Part shown: piece after piece, positions 23,601 to 38,600 of the stretch
Numbering within the stretch: the first letter of the stretch is position 1
How the letters are laid out: each line of letters begins with the position of its first letter
NCBI GenBank assembly: GCA_976551045.1
Contig: CDPCPM010000022.1
Location: 20,894,001-20,958,000, forward strand
DNA: 64,000 nucleotides
Direction: 5' to 3'
Source: Glaucostegus cemiculus
Taxonomy: Eukaryota
Position numbers and translations under genes: made by a program
Notes under the pieces: generated by a model
Databases searched by the model: none
What the model was told of the DNA's origin: nothing
What the model saw: only the letters and a program-made list of their open reading frames with translations

Positions 23601-26600
23601 GTGTAACATTTTTTGTATTATGATAAACTGGAGCTTGGACATTGATGTTTTCATTAAAGATATTATTTGAAGTAATGATGTGGCACTAGTCAATAATAAA
23701 TGCCATTTAGCCCTTGCTTACCATCCATTCCCTTCATATTGTGAAGATGCCAACATCTGAACATTGATTCTGAGCCTGAGGTCAATGACTTGCAATAGGA
23801 CTGCTTACTATCATTGCTGGCAGTTAGTTAAGAGCACAATGTATCAGAAGACAAATTCAATAACTGCACTCTGGCTGGGAAGAAATGCGTTTAAAGGGAC
23901 AACGACCTGGGAAGTTACTGCTGCACTGGTACCCTACTTGACACAGTGACAGTCCTGTTGCAAGATCCTCATGACAGGACATAGGAAATATCACTGTTAT
24001 TGTAAAGTTGATGAGCAATAGGAAAATCAAGTCAATCAAAAGATTCCAGTTTTGTCTGGTGGATAAGTCATCAGTGTGGATTTTACATGAGATAACAAGT
24101 GGGATTTTGCTTTTTCTTTGTTTCTTCTAATTCACTGAACTCACAAAGAATACAAGTTCATTGAACTACAAGTGTGTTGGCTGGTATGCAATGCCACCTA
24201 TGGCATGTAAAAGAAGAGAGAGAAAATGATGAAAACTAAGAATCTTTTTACTTCATTTTATCTTTGAGTAGATGCAGGGCTAAAGGTGGGAGAAGGGTAG
24301 TGGGACTGATGGTGGGAAGGGAAAGGTGATGAAAAGAGAAATAATGAAAAATAGAAAATTATAACCTTTTCCCCCAGATCTACCAAAGTAAAGCGATTAA
24401 TTCTCTGACATGTTTGGAGTGCAATGTTGAGGCCCCAGAAGAATGCTGCCTTTTGGATATTCCTTTGACAGTTCACTTAAATGATTGTGGTTCCAGCATC
24501 CAAAGTGTGGTAAGTAGCACACAAGTATTCTTATTTAAAGAATCTGACAAAGCCTGCTCAATAATGGGATTGCAATAAGGAACCAAAACAAACTTACAAT
24601 TGGTGAGTACTACACCTTAATTGGCTACAAATAACCATGGAGTCCTCTTGATGGCAGATGAGGGTTTCAGTCACTAATGGTCTTCAGTGAGGTTTTTTTG
24701 GTGGGATTCAATGTAAAGGACTATGGATCCATTAGGTGAGAGGGAGGTATTTGGTCTGGAAAATGATCAGTAGATGGTTTCCTTGTGCATATCTGCCCTG
24801 GTGCCATGGCACATCGTGGGGTGCAGAGACAACATTGAAGAAATTCAAGATTGCTCCATCCCAATCTGAAGTAATTTGTTTATGTTAGTTACTCAAGTGG
24901 AAATATTAATGATATTACATTGCTACAAGTTGCTGACTAATTAGTTTGTAGGCAAGGTCATCAGTTTTTCATTTAAAATGTATTGCAGAAAATCACATTT
25001 AAAATGTACCTTGTAATCTTTGTTTTCAGAATGCAGCCCTTCAAGATTTTTTGAAGGCTGTCATTTTGGATGGAGACAATTTGTGCTATTGTGAAACCTG
25101 TCAAAAGAAAACCAAGACAGAGATGGTGAGTACATTCTTTGCTCCTCTGATTCAGCATGTCCAGTTCCTAGTTTTGGTGGGCAGTTTCTCAGGTTGATCA
25201 GAAGACCAGGGACAAAATCATTATCAGCACTTTCCCACACTTTAAGCACAAAGGCTGATGGACAGTGTAGTCAAATCTCGTTCAATGTTTGTTTATTGTC
25301 ACATGAGCAAAACTCTACTGGACAGCATCTTTGGCAGTCCCATGGGAGTGAGAATAACTTGCTTCCACTCTGGTTTTGAGTCTTTTGAGGTAGCGGATGA
25401 GACCAAAGTTTGAATATAAAGCATACTTTTCCACAGATGGGGCAGTTGGTGACTGATAGGATGGGCTGGTGGGATGTTTGCGAAGTGGGATGCTCCTTCT
25501 GGTGCTCATGAAGGACTTCTGTGAATTCCTCTTGCAAGTCTTTTAGGTTCTCTTTACCACCCTTAATGTTCCTTCTCCCCTTTGTGAGGTCATGGACCAG
25601 AGATTTCCAAGTCAGTGGGGATGTTGCACTTCTTCAGTAAGGTTTTGAGTAAACCCTTGTAAGTTTTTCTCTGTCTACTTAGCAATCTCCTTTCACATCA
25701 TAGCTTGGAATAGAGTATTTGTTACAGTAGTCTGGTATTAGGCCTGCAAAATAACGTGGCCTGCCCAATGTAGCCAACAGAATAATGCTGGGATGTTGGC
25801 CAGGGAGAGGATGCTGACATTGTTCTGCTTATCTTTCCAATGAACTTGGAGGATTTTGTGGAAACATCATTTTTCCAGTGCCTGCTGGTTTCAGAAGAGT
25901 ATAGGAGGGCAGGATTCACTGTTGCTGGGAGTGCAGATTTGCAGGAACACTGAAGCTGGGTTTCATAGAGGGTTTTGGGTCTGCTTCAGCATTGGTTAAA
26001 AGGTCTACATTATCAGAGCTGTTGCTGAAGATTCTGTGGCATCTTTTAATCAGGTGGTTTTCTTAACTTTCCATCATTGCTGGTTGCTCCCAATTCTAAT
26101 TCACTGCCAGCAATCCTGCAATCCCCTCTCCTGCCCCTACTAGTACCTGTCCAATCCCAAACCTAACCATTTGTCTAACTTCCATCCCCAACTCTCCCTA
26201 CACTTGACATTTTCCAAAAATGGTGCCAATAACACTTTGGCTTTTGAGCTCAATTAGAAATGATTGATCATTGCTTTCCATCATACAGTACCAACCAACA
26301 CATAGTTCTGTGAGAAAATCCTCCAGTATAATAGATGGCCAGATCTTCACACCTACTTGTGCCACTGGCCCTGTTAAAACCCACATTAAGAACTAGAACA
26401 TTTAAGTGCACTAATTATATATGAAAATTAGATATTTCCTCTTGCACCTAGAGATGCAAGTGATCCTTTACTGAAGTACTGAGAACTCATATTGTTAGTT
26501 TCTTCAATCCACCCCCCCCCCCCCCCCTTTCACTTACATCAAAGCAGCTTGAATATGTGGGTATTTGTTCAGATGGGCAAAGAACTGTATGCAGGTAACA

Positions 26601-29600
26601 CACAGACACCTTATGTTATTTGGGTATTATAATAAGGTGTCTACTTCTCTCAAATGGGTAGTTTCTCCACCTGTGTGTCATATATGAAAGTAGTAGAGAT
26701 TGAGCTAAAATGTTTGTGGGACATTACAGATACAAATCAACTCTGCATGAGACTGAAGTTGAGGTGACATCTGTATTGATGATTTCTTGCCATCCTTTTA
26801 TTTACAGAGATACTATTTTGAAAGGTTGCCACAGATATTGGTTCTTCAGTTGAAAAGATTTGAGTTTGATTATTCCATGATGACTTTCAAAAAGTTGCAC
26901 GATGAAGTAGAGATTCCACTGAGCTTAAAATTTCAGAAGAAGCAGGTATATATTTAAATTAATTTTTAAGTTCTTCATCAAATTCTCAATTTCCATGGAT
27001 TGTTTACTGAAGGAGTCAGTGAATGGATTTTCTCCTGTTGTACTCCCAAAAAATAGATTTGCTTCCTTGCCTTCTTCAGTGTAGAAGTGAAAGCCACAAA
27101 CTCACCATATCTTCCTGTTTGCTGCAGTTGCCAACCCCATAGAGGAAGGTGGTAGTCACACTCTGTCCACATCATGCATGCTTACTGGTGGAAAAAAAGA
27201 TTAGATATCTGAACCTTTATATGTGATGTATAGCTTGTCAAATATCCCAAGTTAGGAAACATTTCTTATGCAGAGGGTGAAGAATTAATCTAATTCAGCT
27301 CAGAAGGATATGAAGGTTCAATCACTGAATTTATCCATAACAGTGATTGATAGATTTTTGGATACTTTGGGAATCAAATTATATGGGGTGTTGCTGGAAA
27401 ATGATGTTAAGGTAGGAAATCAGCCATGATCCTGAAGAATGTCAGAGTAGGTTTCAAGGCCAAATGGCCTACCACTGCTCCTATTTCTAATATTCTCATG
27501 CAAAGCTGCATGATGCACACTTGTACTGTTGTGAATGGATAGATCAATAGCTATAACCAAGAATGCAATGTGTCTGTCCAATCTCAGCACCAGCGTTGTT
27601 GCATAAAGTATGGCTCCTTTTTGTACTTCGTAATCAAGATTACCCCATACAAATAACCTCCTCAGCTTGAACTTCTGTATAAAACCAAAACAAGTCTAGT
27701 CAGCCAGGAAGTTCAAGTGGAGATAAATCATGAATTGTGAGCCTCTAAAACTTGCTGGTCAATTTACAGCCTCTGCCACTTGATTGAATAGATTGCCTCT
27801 TCTCCTTATCATTCTCCTTAAAGAGCTTGATAGTTTGGAATTGAATTACCCATTAAACTGGCTGAGAAAGTTACATTCGGCAATGAAGATTGCAAAGATC
27901 TATTTAGTATGGTTAATTGAATGGCAGTCAATCTGCATGGTATTCATGCTATGACATGCCATTCTTCCAGGCAGTAAACTTTTATATAAGATTTTTCTTT
28001 TCATGTCTTTCTTCCTCTCTGTCTCAGCCTCCCCATCCCCTTCCTTTGCCTCCTCTCCCTCTGCTACTCTTCCTGTAGGTAATTTGACTGCAATTCACAT
28101 GACATCTTTGTTATTGCCATTTCTTTCTCAGTTCTTTCATGTTGTTGTGTTCTTGCTGGTCACCATCTTAGTTGTCCCGTTGCCCTCTTCTATCAAATCA
28201 ACAAGTTACAACATAAAACAAAGTTTATTAGCTGAAGGATGCAGGAAAATCTTACCAGTGATGTTGTCCACAAGATGCCTGGCTTTAGCAAGATTGGGCC
28301 TAGTATGTGTCAAATAAGACATGTGGAGTAATCTGTGAATTAGAAGAAATACACTGTAAAAACCTGATTAATTATTGAAATTCTTATAGGACAAACAAAA
28401 TGTATAAGATTCAAACTTTATATTTTATTCACAGAATAAAAAGAATGGAAAAACGGAGTGGTGCCTCAATTCCATGGTAAGATACTTTTCTAATGATGTT
28501 TCTGTACAAATGTGACAAGATTTCTGTTGCTCTGATGTTAAAGGACTGTTTTGTCGCATGCAGAGAGATCTGACAATTCTAGGTAAATTGAACCAATAAT
28601 AAGGATAGTTTCAAAGTAAGTGTGTGATAGGTTGGTGCACAGTAGAACATGAATAAATGGTGTTGTACTGTGAAGGAATGAAACTTGAATCTATCTATGC
28701 TGAGTCCTTGATTTCACAGGCAGATTTACTATGTTGTCAATGCTATAATATGTGGACAGTGCTATAATAAGCATGATCATGCATGTACCTATAAATTGGA
28801 GTGAACAGTGAATGTGGACAGTGCAGTAAATTTCAACTATAGTTAAGCTATTGACAAAGTATTTCAAACAAATTAAACTCCTGTTCAATCTGGTGGCTTT
28901 TCATTTATACATTCAATGCTCCATTTCAGCAATGATGTCATGAAAAATATGTGGCATGAGAATCAACCACTGTGTTAATATAATTGTATTTTAATTTGAT
29001 GTCCCTGACTTGTCACAGATACAGTTTTCAAAGTACTTGAGATGAATTGTTCATGGCTTACTTCACTTTGTGTGTAGAAAGAATTTACTCCAAAAATAAA
29101 AGGCTAGTGCGACCAATTGTGCAGTCTGCTATTGAAGTACACATCAGACTGCAGATTTAGACAAGTGTAGATACATAATAAAGCACAAGTCTGTTGCTGT
29201 CCAAGGTATGCCTCTTCTTGTGGGCTGTATGAAAACAACACCTCACTGCCCAGCTCCCCATTCAAATGTATTGAAAGTGTAAAGTTCCTGTACTGAGTGT
29301 GTAGCTGGACACTAAAGTTAGCACAAAGTCAGGCTAATCTATTTTAGTCTAAGTAATCTTTAAATGGTTTAATAAGTCATATCATTGACAAACTACCTCA
29401 TTGACAGTGAAATTTAACTTTTGCATGTGTATAATTTCATTCCTTTAGCTTTCAGTTCTTCTTAGGGATTTGAATGTTTTAATTTTCACAGCTATTTTTT
29501 ATTTTGTCTCAATCCGTTCTTTCTTTCCCTATCATTTAGTCGAAGGTTGCATTCACCATTCTAGTTGACACTTCCAGGTTTAGATTCTATGACCTCTGAG

Positions 29601-32600
29601 CAAGGGTTACTGCGGATATGTTTCTGGATTAGTAATGTTAAGGACTGCACTATTGATCCTAATATGAAGAATTTAGAATTTGAATTTAGCTAATTGAATT
29701 AATCTGGAATAAAAAAACATGTATCTTGATGAGTGAGCTTGGAACCACTAGGTTAAAACAAACCCATCTGGTTCACTGTTTTCCTTCGAGGAATAAAATC
29801 TGTTAACATTAGGCTTGTGTATGGCTCCTGATTCCAGATCCAGTTTAATGCAGTCAACAATTAACTACCACGTGAAATGGTCAAATATGTGACTGAACAG
29901 CATTTTCTTTAGTGCTATTGAGACTGGGCAATAAATGGTTGTCATACCAAATTTCATAATGATCTGTTTACTTGATCTGTTTACAGCACCCCTAACCTGA
30001 AGCACTGCTGGGAGAAGGATTCCCACACAATCCTTCCAGGTGAGGCAGTGCTTCACCTCTGAGTCTGATGATGTCATTTATTGCATCCGGTGCTCCTGGT
30101 GCATCAGTGAGACCCAACGCAGATTGGGTGACCGCTTCATCGAGCACCTTCTCTCCATCTGCTGCAACAGCCAGGACCTCTCGGAGGCCACCCACTTCAA
30201 CTCCACAACCCACTCCCATACTGACATGTCAATCCATGGCCCCCTCCACTGCCACATTGAAGCCACACACAGGTTGGAGGAACACCTCATATTCCGCCTT
30301 GGGAGTCTCCAACCTGAAGGCCTCAACATCGATTTCTCTACCTTCTGGTAACCCCACCCTTTCTTTTTCTTCCCCACCCCCAGCCCCCTTCATTCCTATG
30401 TCTTCTCTTATTCCTGTGGCTCCTTTCCCCCACCTTGATGACCTGGCCATCTCCTCTCCTCCACTCTCCCATCCTTTATTCCATGGTCCACTGCCCTCTC
30501 CTACCGAGTTCCTTCTTCTTAAGACTTTTGCCTCTTCTACCAGTCACCTCTCAGCTTATTACATTTTCTCCCCCTCCCCCACCCACCTACTTGCCCCCTT
30601 TCACCTGGACTCACCTATCACCTAGACTGACCTATCACCTGCCTGTGTGTGCTCCTCCTCCTCCCCTCACCTTCTTATTCTAGCTTCTCCCCTCTTCCTT
30701 TCCAATCCTGATGAAGGCTCTCGGCCTGAAACGTCAACCGTTTACTTCACTCCATGGACGCTGACTGACCTGCTGAGTTCCTCAGGAACATTTTGTGTAT
30801 TGCTCCAGATTCCAGCATCTACAGAATTATTTCTGTCTCTGGGGAGAAATCTTCTTAGGTATGTCCGTCCTGCAGTTCTCCAAGGCTCCTAGATCATTTT
30901 CTGTCCTCCTATTGATCTTCCACTAATTCTAGCTCATCCTGCTTGTTTCACAAGAACCTCTTCCCAGTATTGAATTTTGGTTCTGATAAGACATCAGCAA
31001 CATGAAACACTAACACTTTTCAAACTCCACAGATGTTGCCTGACATGCTTTCAAGTTCTTTTCGTCAGTCCCCTCCCAGCACACTCATCATTCTCACCAG
31101 TCCCCTCCCTAACCCACTTGGTGAGAGGTTAGATTCTATCATGCAGTTTGTTTGAAAGCACTCGTTCATCACTTGGATTCTTAGATCATAGCTGTAACCC
31201 TTGGTGTCACTCTAACCTGCAGCAAGCTCCCTGTGTAGCCCACTCCCCTACATGTAAAAGTATTTTCAGCACCAAAGGAATTAAAGGGGAAGTCGATTAA
31301 ATAATATTGTTCAGTTCACCACAATCACCAACAGGATTTCAACCCAAAAGTGGAGCCCAGAATTTGCTGGGTGAGACATTTTGCCACTTTCGGTCAAAGC
31401 TGATTTGCCAGAGAAGTTGATAAGACTGCAATATGCTTATTTGTTGTTCTGTCTCGAGTAATTTTAGGAATATTTGGTGTTTAAGACCATCAGGAAATAA
31501 TGAATAGTTCCTTCTCTTCCCAGGCAGTCCCTGAGGGCTGAGGTATCTGATGAGGTCCACGTGGGACACATATTCCCCCAGAATGGCAATTATGATTGCT
31601 AGGAGGGTAGATATTCAAAGGCGCTGTACTCCTTCCAACATTTCCAATCAGCTTCCTTCTGATCCTGATGAAGAGACTCAATTCTTACAACCTCTATGGA
31701 TGGTCCTAAGTCCTCAGTGGTGGTCATGGCCCAGGAGTTGAAGAGGATGATTCAGTTATTCAAAACAATATTTGAGAAGATCCATCAGGTGTTTACCCTT
31801 TGCTCCAGATAATGATGCTGTGAAGGAGCCTGGAGTTGAGAACCATTTTGAAGTCCTGCGTTGGGCATGCAGACAAAGTGACCAGCTCTTTGAAGCTAGC
31901 TCACTATGATAAGAGACTTCTGGGAAAATTGTCCTGGGAGAGATGTTGATGTTGGTTCCCTTATCATGATTTGGAGGATATGGCAGAGCTAACATTGGCA
32001 GCATCTCTCCAGTGCTCTGAGGTGTCTATCCCTAGTCTCCCCTGCGATCCACTCCATGCAGATCGTTCCGCATTGACTTGCCCCTTCTCAGTGTTCCGCA
32101 GTGGTTTCCATCTTCCTAATTCTTCCTTTCCCCAACCACTACTCCTGATCAACCCTATTCCCCCTATGAATTTGGAAGCCTGTGGCATATCATACAGTTG
32201 GTTCACAAAGACATGATTAACATCGGTCATACCGGATCATAGATGTTCTACTGATTGGAATAGTGGCGAACTTTGAACCATGTTGACAGCTTGTTTTGGA
32301 TCCTGTTGTTATAAGGATGGTGAAGCCAGATCCTTGGTGATGGTTGACTGTGAGTGAAGGGTCGAAACTGTGGAAATTGGGAGAGTAACTGATGCTGCTT
32401 TACGGGTGCTGCTAATTAATTTGGTGGGTTTTGGGAGGTACCTCTGCACTGTATGAAGGTGCACATTGTGGCATTACTAGTCTCAAATAGATTAACGGGA
32501 GTTTTAGTGAATAATAAACCCTGGAATATTCAATATCACTCAAATCAAAACCAGAGCCCTCAAGTTGCTGGGCAAGTCATCTCTGTTGTACCACAGTCTG

Positions 32601-35600
32601 ATTCCCGCAAACTTTAGGCCAAAGCAGATTAGCAAGAGATGTGAAGGAGACTGGTATGTGTTGTTTGCTTCTCAGTCTCAGGTTATTTTTGGAATATTTG
32701 GTGTATAGGCCCAACAATCATTAAATAATCAATAGCTTGTTGGAAAATTCTTTCAAATGTGGACAATTTAATCTATTGTTATTGTCCATTGAATAAACTT
32801 TGGTTAATATTTGCATAACAATCCAAAGACGCAGCAATAGCACAAGGCAATCAAGAATCTAGGTCATTGGGATCAGCGCTTCCTGTAAGTTCTAGAGGCT
32901 AGGATTCAGAAGGAGTGCAGAAACCAGAGAAGGATGGGACTCATCAGGAAAGGAGTGTGGATAATTGCTCATAAAATGAGGCTTGCAGTTGGTTTTACAT
33001 ATGAGCAAATTTTATTCATGTACTTCTGGATCTATTCTATAGGCAGTCCCTTAGGGTTGAGGAGAATATTCTTCTGCTCCAGTTCTGTAGGTTGTGATGT
33101 TTCTCTTGAGTCCATGTGGGACATGTAGAGTCTTGCACAGTAGAGCAAACCTGATTGACAGGGTGCTAGATATTCAAGGTGCAACATTTCTTACAACCTT
33201 ACCAACCAGTTTCCTTCTGGTTCTAATGAAGAGTCACAATTCTTACAAACTCTATGGATGTTCCTCAGTACCACCATTTTTGGTGTTCAGGGGGAGAAAG
33301 TTTATGAGGAAAATTCATTTTGTCAAAACAAGTTTCAAGAATATCCATGATTTGTTTTCCCTTTGCTCCATATAACGCTGCTGTGAAAGAGCCTAGAGTC
33401 GAGAACCCATTTTAAATTCTTGTCTTGGGCATGCGGACAATGTGACCAATTCTTTGCAGCTAGATCACTATGAGTAGAGTGTTTTAGGGAAATTGGTCTG
33501 GGAGAGATATTGATGTTGGTTCCCTTATCATGACTTGGAGGATATGGCAGAGCTAACATTGGTAGTATCTCTCCAGTACTTTGAGGTGTCCATCCCCAGT
33601 CTCCTTCCCGATCCACTCCATGCAGATAGTTTCGCATTGACTTGCCCCTTCTCAGTGTTCGGCAGTTATTTCCGTCTTCCTAATTCTTCCATTCCCCAAC
33701 CACTAATCCTGATCTGTCTACTCCTTCACCCCTATTCCCCCCATGAATTTGGAAACCTGTAACCCATCATGCAGTTGGTTTACAAACACATGCTCAAAAC
33801 AGCCGTGCCAGATCATAGATGTTCTACTGATTGGAATAGTGGCCAACTTTGAGCCAAGTTGACAGCTTGTTTTAGATCCTGTTATTATAGGGATGGAGTA
33901 GCCAGATCCATGGTGATGGTTGACTGTGAGTGAAGTGTCGACGCTGTGGAATTTCGGAGAGTGATTGATGTTGTTTTATGGGCGCTGCTACTTAATTTGG
34001 TGGGTTTTGCGAGTAATCAGTGCACTGTACGAAGGTGCACATTGTGGCATTACCAGTCTCAAATAAATAAATGGGAGTGTAATGAATGATAAGCCCTGGC
34101 ACATTAAATGTCACTCAATCCAAAACCAGAGGCCTGAAGTTTCTGGGCAAGTCATCTCTCTGTTCGTACCTCTGACTTATTCCAGCAACCTTTGGGCCAA
34201 ATCAGATTTTCAAGAGATGTGAATGAGACTGTAATGTGTTTGATTGCTTCTCAGTCTCAGGTTATTTTTGGAATATTTGGTGTATAGGCCCAACAATTAT
34301 TAAGTAATGAATAGCTTGTTGGAATATTCTTCCAAATGTAGACAATTTTGAACTATTGTTATTATCCATTGAATAAAGCTTGGTTAATATTTTCACAGGA
34401 TTCCAATGACACAGCAATAGCACAAGGAATTGAAGAATGTAATTCTTTGGGCTCAGTGCATTCCAAAGGTTCTGGAGGCGAGGGTTTGGGTGAACTGCAG
34501 GAAACAGAGAGAAATGGGAGACCTCAGGTAAGGAAGGCGAAAAATGGCTCATAAAATGAGGCTTGTAGTTGGTTATGCAGATGAGGAATTTTCATACATG
34601 TACATCTTGATCTTCTTTTCCTAGGCAGTCCATTAGGGTTGAGGAGAACATTCCTCTGCTCCAGTTCTGTAGGTTGTGAGGTGTCCCTCGTGGGACATGT
34701 AGAGCCTTGCACAGAAGAGCAAACATGATTGGCAGTGGGGTCAATATTCAAGGCGCTGCATTTCTTCCAATGTTACCAATCAGCTTCCTTCTAGTTCTGG
34801 TGAAGATACAGTACTCTTACAACCTCTATGGATGTTCCTTAGTACCACCATTTTTGGTGTTCAAGGGGTGAGAGAACATGAGGATAATTCATTTACTCAA
34901 AACAAATTTTGAGATGATCCATGAGATCGATTCCCTTTGCTCCAGTTAGTGCTGCTGTGAAGGAGCCTGGTGTCAAGGACCCATTTTAGAGTCTTGTGCA
35001 GGGCATGCGGACAATTTGACAAGCTCTTTGCAGCCAGCTTTCCTTCATTTGAGACTTTTGGGAAAATTGTCCAGGGAGAGATGTTGATGTTGGTTTCCTT
35101 ATCATGATTTGGAGGATATGGCAGAGCTGACATTTGGTAGTTTCTATCCAATGCTGTGCAATGTCTAGCCGCACTATCCTCTCCGATCCACTGCATGCAG
35201 ATAGTTCCGCATTGACTTGCCCCTTCTCAGTGTTCCACACTTGTTTCTTTATTCTTTCGTTCCCCAACCACTTTTCCTGGTCCCTCTACTCCTTCAACCC
35301 TACTTCCCTCATGAATTTGGAAGCCTGTGGCCCATCATGCAGTTGGTTCACAAACACATGATCAAAATTAGTCGTGCCTGATCATAGATGTTCTACTGAT
35401 TGGAATAGTGGCCAACTTTGAGCCGAGTTGACAGCTGGTTTTGGATCCTGTTGTTATAGGGATGGTTTTGCGTGATCCTTGGTGATGGCCGACTGTGAGT
35501 GAAGGGTCGAAACTGTGGAATCTGTTAGAGTGATTGATGTTGTTTTATGGGTGCTGCTACTTAATTTGGTGGGTTTTGCGAGTTATCACTGCACTGTATG

Positions 35601-38600
35601 AAGGTGCAGATTGTGGCATTACCAGTCTCAAATAAATGAATGCGAGTTTAATGAATGATAAACACTGACACATTAAATGTCACTCAATCCAAAACCAGAG
35701 GCCTCAAGTTACTGGGCAAGTCATCTCTCTGTTCGAATCTCTGACTTATTCCAGCAACCTTTGGACCAAAGCAGATTTTCAAGAGATGTGAATGAGACTG
35801 TAATGTGTTTGATTGCTTCTCAGTCTCAGGTTATTTGTGGAATATTTGGTGAATAGGCCCAACAATTATCAAGTAAAGAATAGGTTGTTGGAATATTCTT
35901 CCAAATGTAGACAATTTTGAACTATTGTTATTATCCATTGATTAAAGCTTGGTTAATATTTTCACAGGATTCCAATGACACAGCATTAACACAAGGAAAT
36001 GAAAAATGTAATTCTTTGGGCTCAGTGCATTCCAAAGGTCCTGGAGGCGAGGATTTGGGTGAAGTGCAGGAATCAGATAGAAATGGGAGACATCAGGTAA
36101 GGAGTGCGAATAGTGGCTCATAAAATGAGGCTTGCAGTTGGTTATGCAGATGAGCAATTTTCACACATGTACTTCTTGATCTTCTTTTCCTAGGCAGTCC
36201 ATTAGGGTTGAGGAGAACTTTCCTCTGCTTCAGTTCTGTAGGTTGTGAGGTGTCTCTTGTGGGACATGTAGAGCCTTGCACAGTAGAGCAAACATGATAG
36301 GCAGTGGGGTCAATATTCAAGGCGCAGCATTTCTTCCTATGTTACCAATCAGCTTCCTTCTGGTTCTGGTGAAGACACAGAACTCTTACAATGTCTGTGG
36401 ATATTCCTTAGTACCACCATTTTTGGTGTTCATGGGGTGAGAGTACATGAGGATAATTCATTTACTCAAAACAATTTTTGAGATGATCCATGCGATGTTT
36501 TCCCTTTGCTCCAGATAATGGTGCTGTGAAGGAGCCCGGTGTCGAGGACCCATTTTAGAGTCTTGTGTAGGGCAACGGACAATTTGACAAGCTCTTTGCA
36601 GCCAGCTCACCTTCATTTGAGACTTTTGGAAAATTGTCCTGGCAGAGATGTTGATGTTGATTCCCTTATCATGATTTGGAGGATATGGCAGAGCTAACAT
36701 TTGGTAGTATCTCTCCAGTGCTGTGAAGTGTCAATCCGCAGTATCCTCTCCGATCGACTGAATGCAGATTGTTCTGCATTGATTTGCCCCTTCTCAGTGT
36801 TCTGCAGTTGTTTCTTTATTCTTTCATTCCCCAACCACTTTTCCTGGTCCCTCTACTCCTTCAACCCAACTCCCCCCATAAATTTGGAAGCCTGTGCCCA
36901 TAATGCAGTTGGTTCACGAACACATGATCAAAATTAGTCGTGCCTGATCATAGATGATCTACTGATTGGAATAGTGGCCAACTTTGAGCCGAGTTGACAG
37001 CTTGTTTTGGATCCTGTTGTTATAGGGATGGTTTCGCGTGATCCTTGGTGATGGTCGACTGTGAGTGAAGGGTCGAAACTGTGGAATCTGTTAGAGTGAT
37101 TGATGTTGTTTTATGGGTGCTGCTACTTAATTTGGTGGGTTTTGCGAGTTATCACTGCACTGTATGAAGGTGCACATTGTGGCATTACCAGTCTCAAATA
37201 AATGATTGCGAGTTTAATGAATGATAAACACTGACACATTAAATGTCACTCAATCCAAAACCAGAGGCCTCAAGTTACTCGGCAAGTCATCTCTCTGTTC
37301 GTACCTCTGACTTATTCCAGCAACCTTTGGACCAAAGCAGATTTTCAAGAGATGTGAATGAGACTGTAATGTGTTTGATTGCTTCTCAGTCTCCGGTTAT
37401 TTGTGGAATATTTGGTGAATAGGCCCAACAATTATTAAGTAAAGAATAGGTTGTTGGAATATTCTTCCAAATGTAGACAATTTTGAACTATTGTTATTAT
37501 CCATTGATTAAAGCTTGGTTATTATTTTCACAGGATTCCAATGACACAGCATTAACACAAGGAAATGAAAAATGCTCAGTGCATTCCAAAGGTCCTGGAG
37601 GCGAGGATTTGGGTGAAGTGCAGGAATCAGATAGAAATGGGAGACATCAGGTAAGGAGTGCGAATAATGGCTCATAAAATGAGGCTTGCAGTTGGTTATG
37701 CAGATGAGCAATTTTCATACATGTACTTCTTGATCTTCTTTTCCAAGGCAGTCCATTAGGGTTGAGGAGAACTTTCCTTTGCTCCAGTTCTGTAGGTTGT
37801 GAGGTGTCTCTTGTGGGACATGTAGAGCCTTGCACCGTAGAGCAAACATGATAGGCAGTGGGGTCAATATTCAAGGCGCAGCACTTCTTCCTATGTTACC
37901 AATCAGCTTCCTTCTAGTTCTGGTGAAGACACAGAACTCTTACAACCTCTGTGGATGTTCCTTAGTACCACCATTTTTGGTGTTCATGGGGTGAGAGTAC
38001 ATGAGGATAATTCATTTACTCAGAACAATTTTTGAGATGATCCATGCGATGTTTTCCCTTTGCTCCAGGTAATGCTGCTGTGAAGGAGCCCGGTGTCGAG
38101 AACCCATTTTAGAGTCTTGTGCAGGGCATGCGGACAATTTGACAAGCTCTTTTCAGCCAGCTCACCTTCATTTGAGACTTTTGGGAAAATTGTCCTAGGA
38201 GAGATGTTGATGTTGGTTCCCTTATCATGATTTGGAGGATATGGCAGAGCTAACATTTGGTAGTATCTATCCAGTGCTGTGAAGTGTTTATCCTCAGTAT
38301 CCTCTCCGATCCACTCCATGCAGATAGTTCCGCATTGACTTGCCCCTTCTCAGTGTTCTGCAGTTGTTTCTTTATTCTTTCATTCCCCAACCACTTTTCC
38401 TGGTCCCTCTACTCCTTCAACCCTATTCCCCCCATGAATTTGGAAGCCTGTGGCCCATAATGCAGTTGGTTCACGAACACATGATCAAAATTAGTCGTGC
38501 CTGATCATAGATGATCTACTGATTGGAATAGTGGCCAACTTTGAGCCGAGTTGACAGCTTGTTTTGGATCCTGTTGTTATAGGGATGGTTTCACGTGATC

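Noticed and set aside
17621-28476. Assigning the symbol USP18, USP47, USP40 or USP7
   Set aside because: Motifs are intermediate, the N-terminal extensions of USP7/USP47 are absent, and the C-terminus is outside the window; orthology needs a phylogeny.
31339-31681. Faint resemblance of minus-strand translations of the repeat intron to a decayed protein
   Set aside because: No consistent frame or identifiable family; it would need tBLASTx/HMM searches of the unit consensus.
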